Of a stretch of 64,000 bases of DNA, positions 8,610 to 18,860 are shown one piece after another. The position numbers and the translations under genes are program-made. The DNA lies in NCBI GenBank assembly GCA_965223245.1, contig CBDCVY010000013.1:3646883-3710882 (forward strand), written 5' to 3'. This DNA comes from Nitrospinaceae bacterium (lineage in GTDB: Bacteria > Nitrospinota > Nitrospinia > Nitrospinales > Nitrospinaceae). The notes beneath the pieces were generated by a model. The model saw only the letters and a list, made by a program, of their open reading frames with translations, ran no database searches and had not been told where the DNA came from. The number at the start of each line of letters is the position of its first letter. The first letter of the stretch is position 1.

Positions 8610-11600
8610 GTGTTAATGAAATTTTATAGACTTAGCCTTGGGAGGGTTATGAACACTATCAAACTTTCAATCAAATTTCTTTTATGGGGTATATGTGCTA
8701 TTTCTCTGGTTGTATCCCCTTCTTTTGCAAATTTTTCAAAATCTAAAGCTGAAAATTCCTCACTGCTACCTGTAACTGGATTAAATAATGCATTGGGTAA
8801 CCCATCCAAAATCTATAGTTTTGAAGAAAATCCTTTCCAATTAAAAAATAAGGTATATTCCTTATCTTTTTTGAAGACGCGGGTGGAGTTTCCGAATGTA
8901 TTAGATGCCCAGCACCCGATCAAACTTCAAACTCCTTATGGAGTAGTTCAGCAAATTTTGGTTTCTAAGGATTCCTATAAAGCCGAACTCCAGGGAAACT
9001 TTTTAATTTATCGAGGCATTAACAACTCGATAGTTTACTTTTTGGATGATGCGAATAATTCTTTGCGTGAATTTGTTTTTCTTGAGAGTGCATCTGGTTT
9101 TTCTTCAACCCAACCGGTTATTCAATGGAAGTTCGAAGGTGCAGACTTAAAAGCGCAAGGAGATGGAAGCATCGTTTTGTCAAAAGTCATTACCCGGAAA
9201 AATGAAAAAAATTATAAAAATATCCTTGATGTTCGTATAACCAGATTTCTAGAAAAGCAATCTCAAAAAAAGAAAAACTTATCGTATACAAAAAAGTTAT
9301 TTGAAATTCCTAAACCAGAATTTATCGACGGAAATTTAAAAGTTCATTACGATGGATTACGTTATTCCACTCAAGGACAAAAATTAGCACTGCATTTAGA
9401 ACCTAAAGAGAAATTAGTTTTTCCTTTATGGGTTGATCCATCGTTACGAGCAGACCCGAATGCAAATGTCACAATTAATGGTCAAGATTCTTTAGATCAT
9501 TTAGGATTTAGTGTTGCCTCTGCAGGAGATTTTAATGGAGATGGATTAGAGGATGTCATTGTTGGAGCTCGGTTTGATGATAACAACTTTGCTACCAATT
9601 CAGGAAGTGCCTATATCTTTTTTGGCCGGAATTCAAATGTTCCGTTAAATTTATCTGTAGATTCAAAAGCAGACGTTATTATCAATGGGCAAAGTGATGG
9701 TGATCGATTTGGAAATACGGTTGCCTCTGCTGGAGACTTTAATGGTGATGGTTTAGATGATGTAATTGTTGGGGCTCTTTTTGATGATAATAATTCTGAA
9801 CTCGATTCAGGAAGTGCCTTTATCTTTTTTGGGAGAAGTCCAACCACCCAATTAACTCTCCGCGCAGATGCAGACGCGAATGTCATATTAAACGGTCAAA
9901 ATAACGGTGATCTGTTTGGTAATTCTGTAGGATCTGCGGGAGATTTTAATGGAGATGGATTGGATGACGTTGTCGTTGGAGCTAACAGTGATGATAACAA
10001 TGGAGAAAACAATTCCGGAAGTGCTTTCATCTTCTTCGGACAAAACCCGGCGACTCAAATGACTCTCCGAGCTGATGTTGATGCAAACGTTGTTCTTAAT
10101 GGTCAAAGTGCTAGTGATCAATTTAGTACATCAGTTGCAAATGTGGGAGATTTTAATGGAGATGGATTGGATGACGTTGTCGTTGGAGCTAGTGGAGACG
10201 ATAACAATTTTCAAACCAACTCTGGAAGTGCATTTGTGTTCTTTGGTCGAAATCCGGCAACTCAGTTGACTCTTAGGGCCGATGCAGATGCAAATGTCAT
10301 CCTTGATGGTCAAAGCACAGGAGATTTATTTGGAGGGTCCGTTGCCTCCGCAGGCGATTTCAACAATGACGGACGTGGAGATATTATAATTGGAGCACGT
10401 TCAGATGATAACAATAGCTTGGACCGATCTGGTAGCGCCTTTATCTTTTTTGGGCAAAATACTGCAACGCAATTGAACCTTCGGGCGGATTCCAATGCTG
10501 ATGTAATTTTGAATGGAGCTGGATTCAGAGATCAATTTGGATTTTCTGTAAGTTCTGCTGGCGATTTCAATGCCGATGGTTTTAGCGATGTTATTGTGGG
10601 TGCCTTTCTTGATGATAATAATGGTGAAGACAACTCGGGAAGCGCGTTTCTATTTTTTGGGCAGAACACAGCCAGTCAACTTACACTAGAAGCGGATTCT
10701 GATGCAGATTATATTTTCGATGGACAAAACTCTAACGATCAGTTTGGAATATCCGTTTCTGCAGCCGGTGATTTTAATGGGGATGGTGTGGATGATGTCA
10801 TTATGGGTGCTTACCAGGATGATAACAATGGCGAAGTTGATTCCGGAAGTGCTTTTCTTTTCTATTCCCCAGAAACACCACCCTCTGATACTGTCCCACC
10901 GGTAATAACACTCCTGGGAGATAATCCTGCTAATGTTGATTTGGGACAGGCTTATGTGGATCCGGGTGCAACTGCATTGGATGATGTGGATGGTGATATC
11001 TCTGCAAACATTTTGGTTACTGGGTTACCCGTGGACACGAACGTATTGGGACAGCATACTATCCTATATGAGGTAACCGATGTTGCAGGAAATTCCACTC
11101 AATCTCAACGGATTGTCAATGTTTTACCCACAGATACAATTCCCCCGGAACTGATCTTGTTAGGTGAAAGTCCAGTAAAAGTAGAAGCGGGTACAAGTTA
11201 TGTAGATGCAGGAGCCACGGCTTTGGACAACGTAGATGGAGATTTAACTGCAAATATAAAAATCAGTGGTCTACCCATTGATACGTTCCAAATAGGAAAT
11301 CATTCAGTACATTATGAAGTAATGGATGCAGCAGGAAATTTAGCACATTTGGAGCGTAAAGTCATAGTCAAGGATACAACACCTCCTTCTATTACGGCTC
11401 CTTTAAATATTACCATGGACCAAACTGCTGAATTCACTACTGTTGATTTAGGAGACCCTGAGGTGGAGGATAGTATTGGAATGGGTCCAGTATTCAACAA
11501 TGCGCCTAACAAGGGTTTTCCTATTGGAAAGACTGAGGTTGTTTGGACTGCACAGGATACCTCTGGAAATGAAGCGACGGCAAATCAACTGGTCACCATC

Positions 11601-12050
11601 AATCCAGTTCCTGGTATTCAATTACAAATTCTCATTGAAATTGTAAAAAATCTGGATATTAACTCTGGTATAAAAAACAGTTTGCTAGCTAAATTAAATT
11701 CTGCAGAAAATTCTTTAATGAGATCTGACCAAAGTGATGAGAAAACCGAAAATATGATACGAAAATATAAGAGGCATATCAGTTTTCTTATGAACCGTAT
11801 GCGCTTTTTTATGCAATCTCAAGATGAGGGATTAGAAAGGATATACCTCGATAATTTAAGAAAATATGTGAAAAGAGTTTATTCAAGGTACATTAGCTTA
11901 ACTCATTTTCATAAAAATAGTGATCAAACGGCTAAAAATATTTTAAGAGCATTTGTCAATCAAGTTGAAGGACAATCCGGTAATAGGATTGATGCAACCC
12001 AATCAAAAATTATGATTGATAAAGCTAATTTTATTATCAGTCTGATTTAA
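8610..12050 (+). CDS. Secreted FG-GAP (integrin-alpha-like) 7-bladed beta-propeller protein with three Ig-like (DUF5011/HYR-like) domains and a C-terminal helical domain
   Basis: The likely start is ATG 8649 (MNTIKLSIKFLLWGICAISLVVSPSFA signal peptide; GGAGGG just upstream). There are seven repeats of about 70 aa with FG...GDFNGDGxDDVIVGA...DDNN...SGSAFIFFG (FG-GAP/Ca-binding). Then three repeats of about 80 aa of the form PPxITLLGxxPxxVxxGxxYVDxGATAxDxVDGD. Confidence 0.8.
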   Translation: MLMKFYRLSLGRVMNTIKLSIKFLLWGICAISLVVSPSFANFSKSKAENSSLLPVTGLNNALGNPSKIYSFEENPFQLKNKVYSLSFLKTRVEFPNVLDAQHPIKLQTPYGVVQQILVSKDSYKAELQGNFLIYRGINNSIVYFLDDANNSLREFVFLESASGFSSTQPVIQWKFEGADLKAQGDGSIVLSKVITRKNEKNYKNILDVRITRFLEKQSQKKKNLSYTKKLFEIPKPEFIDGNLKVHYDGLRYSTQGQKLALHLEPKEKLVFPLWVDPSLRADPNANVTINGQDSLDHLGFSVASAGDFNGDGLEDVIVGARFDDNNFATNSGSAYIFFGRNSNVPLNLSVDSKADVIINGQSDGDRFGNTVASAGDFNGDGLDDVIVGALFDDNNSELDSGSAFIFFGRSPTTQLTLRADADANVILNGQNNGDLFGNSVGSAGDFNGDGLDDVVVGANSDDNNGENNSGSAFIFFGQNPATQMTLRADVDANVVLNGQSASDQFSTSVANVGDFNGDGLDDVVVGASGDDNNFQTNSGSAFVFFGRNPATQLTLRADADANVILDGQSTGDLFGGSVASAGDFNNDGRGDIIIGARSDDNNSLDRSGSAFIFFGQNTATQLNLRADSNADVILNGAGFRDQFGFSVSSAGDFNADGFSDVIVGAFLDDNNGEDNSGSAFLFFGQNTASQLTLEADSDADYIFDGQNSNDQFGISVSAAGDFNGDGVDDVIMGAYQDDNNGEVDSGSAFLFYSPETPPSDTVPPVITLLGDNPANVDLGQAYVDPGATALDDVDGDISANILVTGLPVDTNVLGQHTILYEVTDVAGNSTQSQRIVNVLPTDTIPPELILLGESPVKVEAGTSYVDAGATALDNVDGDLTANIKISGLPIDTFQIGNHSVHYEVMDAAGNLAHLERKVIVKDTTPPSITAPLNITMDQTAEFTTVDLGDPEVEDSIGMGPVFNNAPNKGFPIGKTEVVWTAQDTSGNEATANQLVTINPVPGIQLQILIEIVKNLDINSGIKNSLLAKLNSAENSLMRSDQSDEKTENMIRKYKRHISFLMNRMRFFMQSQDEGLERIYLDNLRKYVKRVYSRYISLTHFHKNSDQTAKNILRAFVNQVEGQSGNRIDATQSKIMIDKANFIISLI

Positions 12051-12227
12051 TGTTTTTTTAAGGGAGAGGTCTTCCCCCCCGAGACCTTGTTATACCCTTT
12101 GCTGAGGAGCCGTCTCCTGTTGGGAGGCGGTTCCATATCAATTTTTTAATTCTTTTGTTCCCGCCTAATTTAATTCTTGAGAATAAAATATAGTAGAATA
12201 GTGAGAAAATTAAAATACGGAAACAAA

Positions 12228-12683
12228 ATGCAGCAGAAAAATGCAAAATTAAGAATCTTGTTTTTGTGCACAGGTAATTCTTGCCGTAGTCAAATGGCGG
12301 AAGGATGGGCAAAGAATTTGAAAGGTGAATCCATTGAGCCTCATTCTGCTGGTACAGATCCTCATGGTATGAATGAGAAGGCAATCCAGGTAATGGAAGA
12401 AGTAGGTGTGGATATCTCAGGACACCATTCTAAAAATGTAAATGAGGTAATGGATATCCCTTTTGATTTTGTGATAACGGTTTGTGGTGCAGCAGATGAA
12501 ACTTGTCCATCTTTTCCCGGAAAAGCAAAAATTATTCATAAAGGATTTGATGATCCTCCTAAATTAGCAAAAGAAGCTAACTCAGAGGAGGAAGCTTTAA
12601 TACATTATCGAAGAGTTAGAGATCAGATTAGGGAATTTATAGAAACGCTGCCCGAATTTCTCATCCAAAAAAGAAAGCTTTAA
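12228..12683 (+). CDS. arsC: Arsenate reductase / low-molecular-weight protein-tyrosine phosphatase family (thioredoxin-coupled ArsC type)
   Basis: P-loop CTGNSCRSQMAEGW is identical to the Bacillus/Staphylococcus ArsC-type LMW-PTP signature. The ORF-track start at 12177 is probably too early; ATG 12228 gives MQQKNAKLRILFLCTGN. Confidence 0.75.
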   Translation: MQQKNAKLRILFLCTGNSCRSQMAEGWAKNLKGESIEPHSAGTDPHGMNEKAIQVMEEVGVDISGHHSKNVNEVMDIPFDFVITVCGAADETCPSFPGKAKIIHKGFDDPPKLAKEANSEEEALIHYRRVRDQIREFIETLPEFLIQKRKL

Positions 12684-12703
12684 AACAAGTAAGGATATGC
12701 GAA

Positions 12704-13816
12704 ATGACTTTTAAATTTTTTTTGAGGACCTGCAAACATTCATTTTATTTTTTTGGTTTGGTTACTCTGATGGTCCTTTTTAGTTTTTCATCAGCCGCTT
12801 GGGGTCATGAGGAAAAATCTCTTTCGGTTGTCATTGTGGGGGATACGGGAATCGGTGAACGTTCTGCCAAAAACAGTTTTAAGCAAATTCAAAAGGAAAT
12901 GCAAAACCAAAATGCTGATATTATTTTGCATCTTGGAGATTTTGTATATCAACCGGATAAATTTCCAGATCATTGTCCGGATAATTATATTGATACCATT
13001 AGAAAAACTTTAGTGGATCCTTATTCGATTCGAATTTTTGTTGCAGGGGATAATGATTTACCTCCACATAAATGGAAACCGAAAGCCTCAGGTTGTTGGG
13101 AAAAAATTGCACCTATGGCAACGCCTTTTGATTCAAACAATGCCAAACAAAATGGACCAGGAAAATTGGAGGGAGCTATAGAAATTGGACCTGCACTCTT
13201 TGTGGTATTAAATAATTATGATTGGAAAAATCCGACTCCCTGGGTTCAGCCGCTTATTGAAAAAGCACGCCAACAAGAAAAATGGGTGATCTTTGCCCTT
13301 CACGAACCTCCTATAACGACCGCTTGGTATCGCAAGCACAATCAGCATATTTTTGAGGATATAAATAATTTAAAGCCTGATTTAGTGTTATCAGGGAACC
13401 AGCATTCTTATGAACGTTTTTTTCCTGTTAAAAAATTGAACGACACATTTACTGTATTGGAAAAATCTTCTTACCCACAAGGGTCGGGGGTAACTTATAT
13501 GGTTTCTGGAGGGGGAGGCGCTTTTTTTAAACCATTTGCAGACATGCAGGGGGTCAAAAAACGAATTGCCCCGGAAGAGATAAAAAGTTCCCTTGCTTTA
13601 CGAAGCCTTATGTTTCATTTTGTTAGCTTAAAAATAGACGAACATAAATTGATGGGTAAAACGTACCGCATTTGTCTCACTGTGGATGATGAATCCGCGA
13701 ATCCTCGGTGGCGTCCGGACGACCCCATGTGGGAAGAGGTTCAATTAGAATGTGATGGCAAACCCTCTGGAACAACAGTTTTCGATAATTTTGAAATTAT
13801 CAAAAATGGTTCTTGA
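12704..13816 (+). CDS. Secreted calcineurin-like metallophosphoesterase (purple-acid-phosphatase-like)
   Basis: Signal peptide. Metallophosphoesterase motifs GDTG, LHLGDFVY, AGDND, GNQHSYERF. Confidence 0.7.
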   Translation: MTFKFFLRTCKHSFYFFGLVTLMVLFSFSSAAWGHEEKSLSVVIVGDTGIGERSAKNSFKQIQKEMQNQNADIILHLGDFVYQPDKFPDHCPDNYIDTIRKTLVDPYSIRIFVAGDNDLPPHKWKPKASGCWEKIAPMATPFDSNNAKQNGPGKLEGAIEIGPALFVVLNNYDWKNPTPWVQPLIEKARQQEKWVIFALHEPPITTAWYRKHNQHIFEDINNLKPDLVLSGNQHSYERFFPVKKLNDTFTVLEKSSYPQGSGVTYMVSGGGGAFFKPFADMQGVKKRIAPEEIKSSLALRSLMFHFVSLKIDEHKLMGKTYRICLTVDDESANPRWRPDDPMWEEVQLECDGKPSGTTVFDNFEIIKNGS

Positions 13817-13856
13817 CTAGATAAAGTTAATCTAAAAAGCTCAATGGATAAAATAA

Positions 13857-14798
13857 TTAAGAACCGAGGAAGGAGTTTATTTCATCAATGGTAGTTTTTA
13901 CATCGGAAGCGGATTTGTCTAACGCCTTTTTTTCCTCATCAGTTAGTTTAAGCTCAATAATTTTATCAATACCTTCATGTCCTAACTCAACAGGAACTCC
14001 AAAAAATATATCTTTCCAACCGTATTCTCCATCCAAATAAGCGGTGCAGGGTAATATACGCCGCTTATCCTGTAAAATCGCCTCAATCATTTTTACAACG
14101 GAAGCACCTGGGGCAAGAAAAGCACTTCCTTTTTTTAGATACCCAACAATTTCTGCTCCACCTTTTCGAGTTCGTTCAACTAAACGTTCAATTTGTTCGT
14201 GAGTCATAAGGTCGGTGATCGAAATACCCGAAACAGTGGTGTAACGTGGCATGGGCACCATAGAGTCTCCATGACCCCCTAAAACCATTGCATCCACATC
14301 CACTAAAGAACAGGACAATTCAAGAGAAACAAAAGTACGAAATCTTGCTGAATCCAGTACACCGGCCATGCCAATAACTTGTTTTCTAGATAAGCCGGAA
14401 ACTTTTTTGGTTAGATAAACCATGGCGTCTAAAGGATTTGAGACAACGATAATAATCGGGTCTTTTGAATATTTCATGATCTCTTCGGTAACACTCTTTA
14501 CAATTTTTGCATTTGTAATTAAAAGATCAGATCTATCTTGACCGGGTTTTCTAGGAACGCCTGCAGTAATTACTACGATATCTGAATCTTTGGTGTCACT
14601 ATAATCATTTGTACCTTGAACGAGACTGTCAAAAACCTGAAGACAACCGGATTGTTGCAAATCTAATGCTTTTCCCTGGGGGATTCCCTCTACAATATCA
14701 ATGAGAATGACGTTACCTAAATTTTTATATGCAATCAGTTGGGCAACAGTGGTGCCCACCTGCCCGGCTCCTACAACAGTGATTTTTCTTCGCATCAT
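13857..14798 (-). CDS. mdh: Malate dehydrogenase, LDH-like family
   Basis: N-terminal Rossmann fold KITVVGAGQVGTTVA. LDH/MDH family signature throughout. 313 aa. Confidence 0.9.
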   Translation of the reverse strand: MMRRKITVVGAGQVGTTVAQLIAYKNLGNVILIDIVEGIPQGKALDLQQSGCLQVFDSLVQGTNDYSDTKDSDIVVITAGVPRKPGQDRSDLLITNAKIVKSVTEEIMKYSKDPIIIVVSNPLDAMVYLTKKVSGLSRKQVIGMAGVLDSARFRTFVSLELSCSLVDVDAMVLGGHGDSMVPMPRYTTVSGISITDLMTHEQIERLVERTRKGGAEIVGYLKKGSAFLAPGASVVKMIEAILQDKRRILPCTAYLDGEYGWKDIFFGVPVELGHEGIDKIIELKLTDEEKKALDKSASDVKTTIDEINSFLGS

Positions 14799-15110
14799 TC
14801 AGCTCCTAAATTAAGTCAGAAACTCTTAAGGTGCAATTGACTGAGAAATTATTTTCCCAATGTTTTTTACTTATAAAAATCCCTAAACTTACGGGGAATA
14901 TTTAAACTAATAAAAATTTGGTGAAATACAAATCCCTATTTTTAAAGGGAATACAAGAGCACAACTCAATGTAAATGAATGAGGTAAACTAAATTATACA
15001 ACCCCTTTTGTCAAGAATTTTTGCTAAGATCGAAAACGGTCTTTATTGAGAAAATTTGCTATAGTAATTTCCTACGTTAGAAATGGAAAGTTTTGCTCTT
15101 CCATTCTTAA

Positions 15111-17897
15111 GTGTTTTGTTTTATATCTGACCCTTGTAGATTTCCTTTTATTACAATTACATTCAGATTAATTTCATTTGGAATCACTTTGGCTTCTCTT
15201 CCCAAAAAATATCAATTCTCTATCGATTTTTCTTCTCTTGGAGATATTCCAAAAGATTCCAAAGAGAGATTGGATTATTTTCAAAAGTTTATGGGACTTT
15301 TGGAGGCGGAGAAGGGAAAAATTAAGCAGTGGCACAGATCTGGAGCAGGAGGAAGGGAAGTGGTCCAGGCCCATACCGGGCTTATTGATGAAACTATAAA
15401 ATATGTAATTACTACCCTTGAAAAATTATCCGGCGTAAAAAATAAAACTCTTTTAGATAAGTTTGCTTTAGTGGCGGTGGGTGGTTATGGACGTGGAGAA
15501 CTAAATCCTTGTTCTGATATTGACCTTTTGTTTCTTTATCAAGGTAAATTGGACAAAGCATTAGATTCTTTTATTCAGGATAGTATTTCTGTTCTTTGGG
15601 GGATCAATTTAGAAATTGGTCATAGTTGTCGAACCGTCAAGGATTGTCAAAGTCTGGCTCTCCAAGACACTACCATTCGAACCTCAATGGTCGAAATGCG
15701 ACTCTTAATTGGAAATATTAATTTGTACAAAAAACTTTCGAGTTCAATTCGAAAAAATGTTTTTAAGAAAAATTCTTTTAATTTTCTAAATGGTCAGCTA
15801 AAGGATTTCTTGACCCGAAAAGAAGCGAAAGAGGGAGTGACAAGTCAACCCGAACCGGATATAAAAAATGGTCCTGGAGGTTTGCGAGATTATCATTTAA
15901 CACAATGGGCTGTGGCTATTCGTTTCGAAGGGCAGTCTTATACGGAATTAAACCGACAGGATATTATTTCCACAAAAGAACTGGATGCATTAGAAAAATC
16001 AGTTGATTTTTTGTTAAGTGTAAGGAATGAGCTTCACTACTTAAAGAATAAAAAAACCGATAAACTGGACCTGGATGTTCAAAAACTTTTGGCAAAAAAT
16101 TTAGGTTATAAAGAACCGAATGAAAGCGCGCGTGTAGAATTTTTTATGCATGATTATTATTGGCATGCCACAACTATAAGGCAAATAGCGGATGATGTTT
16201 TTAATAGGTGTTTAGAAGCGAAGCCATTAATTAAATCTGTCATTTCAAACCTAAGGCAAAAGAAATTGTCAAATGGGTTTTCTATTCGCCAATCACAATT
16301 AACTTTAATTGAAAATGAAGAGTCATTGCTGGGGAAAGATAAAGATCATTTTCTTAGAGTGTTTCAATATTGTAAGGAATACAACATTAAACCAAGTTCT
16401 AAATTGAAACGAGCAATAAGAGAAAACTTATTTCTTATAGATTCAGATTTCTTGCAAAAAGAATCTGTGAGTAGTTTTTTTACTGAGTTATTAGAAAGTC
16501 CTGATTCAGAAAAAATTTTAAGGCTGATGCATGAAATTGGAGTTTTAGGGCGTTTGTTGCCGGAGTTCGAGCAAATTCTTTTTCAAGTTAATTATGATTA
16601 TTATCACCGTTATACAACCGATGAGCACTCGCTTAGAATGGTAAAATTTTTAGAACAAATTCCTTTATTAGAAGAGGAGAACCTTGGCCGTATTCAGGAG
16701 ATTTATTTAGATAATAAAGAATTACCAATACTTAAATTGGCCTGTCTGTTACATGCTTTGGGTGAAAAACGTCAAAAAAGAAAACAAACAATTAAATCAG
16801 CCCTTAAGAGAGTTGTTCTCGATTTAAAACTAAAAGAACACCAGCGAAAATCCCTGGCATTCCTTATAGAAAATTTGAATACGATGAATGAAACTTCTTT
16901 TCACCAAGATATTCATGAACATTCTACAATTAAAAATTTTGGCGAACTGGTCCAATCCGTGGATCAACTTAATCTGTTGTTACTCATCAGTTATGCTGAA
17001 TTGAAAGCTGTTGCGCCGGACACCTGGACTGCATGGAAAAAAATATTACTTTTAGAGCTTTATCATAGAACGCGTAATTTTTTAGTCCGACCCGAATCTT
17101 TAGAGGACAAGCCTAAAGCCACTCGCTTGGCAGTTATATCCTCTTTAAGAAAAGAAATATCTCAGGAAAAAATTATTGAACACTTTGATTTAATGCCTGA
17201 AGATTACCTTCAAATTGCCGATTCAAAAAATGTTATTGATCACATTCGATTAATAAATCAGTTAAAAGGCCAGTCCTTCGTATTCAAAACCCAATATAAT
17301 GAGTCAGGAAAATTTTATGATCTGATTCTATGTTGCCCCAGTAATATCAATGTAGTTAAAAACCTTATTGGTGCATTAACTGCAAAAGCTCTTAATATTC
17401 TTGGAGCTCAAATATTTTCTCGAAAAGATAATCTTGCCATCATAATTTTACAAATTGACGGCGAACAGGCCACCCAAATACACGGAGACGCTGATAAAAT
17501 TTGGAAAATGGTCAAAGATGATTTGATGGCTCTTATTGAAAAACGAATTACCCTCAACCATCTTCTTAAAGGGCGCACACGGTTGATAAATGAAAACAAT
17601 TCTAAGGCTCCTATTTTGCCCAGGATTCAAACGGACAATTTCCCGGATAACTCTTATACCTTTATTAGAATTGAAGCAAAAGACCATCCTGGAATGTTGT
17701 ATAAAATTGTACATTCTCTGGCAAAATTTGGTATTGAGCTGCACAGAGCTAAAATTTCAACAAAAGGGGGACGCGGGATTGATGTTTTTTCTGTTTCTCT
17801 TAGAAATGAAAAGATCAGCTTTCAACCTCTACTCAGAAAATTGAGAGAAAGTTTGATTACCGCACTCTTGGTCGAACGCTTAGAAGACTTATATTAA
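15111..17897 (+). CDS. glnD: [Protein-PII] uridylyltransferase/uridylyl-removing enzyme GlnD
   Basis: Nucleotidyltransferase motif GGYGRGELNPCSDIDLLFLY. A central HD domain (HRYTTDEH). Two C-terminal ACT-like domains. The annotated start is probably too far upstream; MGLLEAE at 15291 is an alternative. Confidence 0.85.
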   Translation: MFCFISDPCRFPFITITFRLISFGITLASLPKKYQFSIDFSSLGDIPKDSKERLDYFQKFMGLLEAEKGKIKQWHRSGAGGREVVQAHTGLIDETIKYVITTLEKLSGVKNKTLLDKFALVAVGGYGRGELNPCSDIDLLFLYQGKLDKALDSFIQDSISVLWGINLEIGHSCRTVKDCQSLALQDTTIRTSMVEMRLLIGNINLYKKLSSSIRKNVFKKNSFNFLNGQLKDFLTRKEAKEGVTSQPEPDIKNGPGGLRDYHLTQWAVAIRFEGQSYTELNRQDIISTKELDALEKSVDFLLSVRNELHYLKNKKTDKLDLDVQKLLAKNLGYKEPNESARVEFFMHDYYWHATTIRQIADDVFNRCLEAKPLIKSVISNLRQKKLSNGFSIRQSQLTLIENEESLLGKDKDHFLRVFQYCKEYNIKPSSKLKRAIRENLFLIDSDFLQKESVSSFFTELLESPDSEKILRLMHEIGVLGRLLPEFEQILFQVNYDYYHRYTTDEHSLRMVKFLEQIPLLEEENLGRIQEIYLDNKELPILKLACLLHALGEKRQKRKQTIKSALKRVVLDLKLKEHQRKSLAFLIENLNTMNETSFHQDIHEHSTIKNFGELVQSVDQLNLLLLISYAELKAVAPDTWTAWKKILLLELYHRTRNFLVRPESLEDKPKATRLAVISSLRKEISQEKIIEHFDLMPEDYLQIADSKNVIDHIRLINQLKGQSFVFKTQYNESGKFYDLILCCPSNINVVKNLIGALTAKALNILGAQIFSRKDNLAIIILQIDGEQATQIHGDADKIWKMVKDDLMALIEKRITLNHLLKGRTRLINENNSKAPILPRIQTDNFPDNSYTFIRIEAKDHPGMLYKIVHSLAKFGIELHRAKISTKGGRGIDVFSVSLRNEKISFQPLLRKLRESLITALLVERLEDLY

Positions 17898-17913
17898 TCA
17901 ATATTTCTCGATA

Positions 17914-18765
17914 ATGGTGATGGATAAGTTGTCTGCTAATGATATTCCTCAACTTTATGAACTATCTCAAGAAGCGGGATGGGAACATTCTATAGAGGAT
18001 TGGAAAACTATTCTAAATGTGGGATTGATGTATGGTCTGCGATCCACAAAGAATGATTTAGTGGCTTGTGCGGGTATTTTTAAATTTGGTAAAGAGCTGT
18101 CATCTATCGGAATGGTTCTAGTTAGCCCTAAAGAACAGGGAAAAGGGTTGGGGAAAAAATTAATCAACCATTTATTGCATGAGGGACAATGTTTTTCCTC
18201 CAGAATTATGCTAGTCGCAGGGGTTAAAGCTAAATCATACTATGAAAACTTTGGTTTTCAACAAGTTGAATCTATATCGAAATTGGTGGGTGAAAAACTT
18301 TCTTGGGAATTTAATATTCCAAAAGACTCACAAATGAAAGTAACCTCAATCACACATGGTGATTTGAAGATTTTGAATCAAATTGACAGTCAGATTACAG
18401 GAGGAAATCGCGAGCGAATGATTCAAGCAAGATTTGAACAATCTCAATTAGGTGCATTAATCAAGAATTTAAAGGGAGTGGTTTTGGGTTACGGGATAGG
18501 GTCCATAAATGGAAAACATCTATTTATAGGCCCTATTGAGGCCTTCAGTCGATACGTTGTTTTTAAAGTAATTCAAGCCTTAACAAAAAATCATAATGGT
18601 CGTATTAGACTGGATGTATTAGACCGGCATGATGAATTAATTAATCAATTAATTTCAATGGGATTTAGAAGCGAAGCCCAACAACCTATTATGAGTTTAA
18701 ATGGTGAATCTCTTCCAGGTAAGCGAGACCATCTTTTTGCTTTATCTTCACAGGCGTTTGGATAA
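17914..18765 (+). CDS. GNAT-family N-acetyltransferase (two-domain)
   Basis: Acetyl-CoA binding motif in the N-terminal domain (GMVLVSPKEQGKGLGKKLINHLL). Confidence 0.6.
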   Translation: MVMDKLSANDIPQLYELSQEAGWEHSIEDWKTILNVGLMYGLRSTKNDLVACAGIFKFGKELSSIGMVLVSPKEQGKGLGKKLINHLLHEGQCFSSRIMLVAGVKAKSYYENFGFQQVESISKLVGEKLSWEFNIPKDSQMKVTSITHGDLKILNQIDSQITGGNRERMIQARFEQSQLGALIKNLKGVVLGYGIGSINGKHLFIGPIEAFSRYVVFKVIQALTKNHNGRIRLDVLDRHDELINQLISMGFRSEAQQPIMSLNGESLPGKRDHLFALSSQAFG

Positions 18766-18860
18766 TTAAAACTCCTCTGAAACCTTTTCATTAGGTCCAG
18801 AGGAGTTAAAATTTTTTTCCATCAATATTGAATCGATGGATATCAAAATAAAAAATATTT

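Noticed and set aside
8624-11512. Seven short ORFs inside and antisense to the FG-GAP gene (e.g. 9611..9886-, 9888..10121-, 10131..10313-, 10310..10495-)
   Set aside because: They are generated by the internal 210-bp FG-GAP nucleotide repeats. Their translations are repetitive and low-complexity, so they are not separate genes.
12061-12090. Possible terminator after the FG-GAP gene (ggtcttcccccccgagacc)
   Set aside because: The stem is only about 5 bp with a 9-nt C-rich loop and no clear T-tract. It is too weak to call.
12058-12384. 108-aa ORF on the minus strand overlapping the arsC start and the region after the FG-GAP gene
   Set aside because: It overlaps the well-supported arsC, shows no motif, and its sequence is a hydrophobic low-complexity product of AT-rich DNA. 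It is probably spurious.
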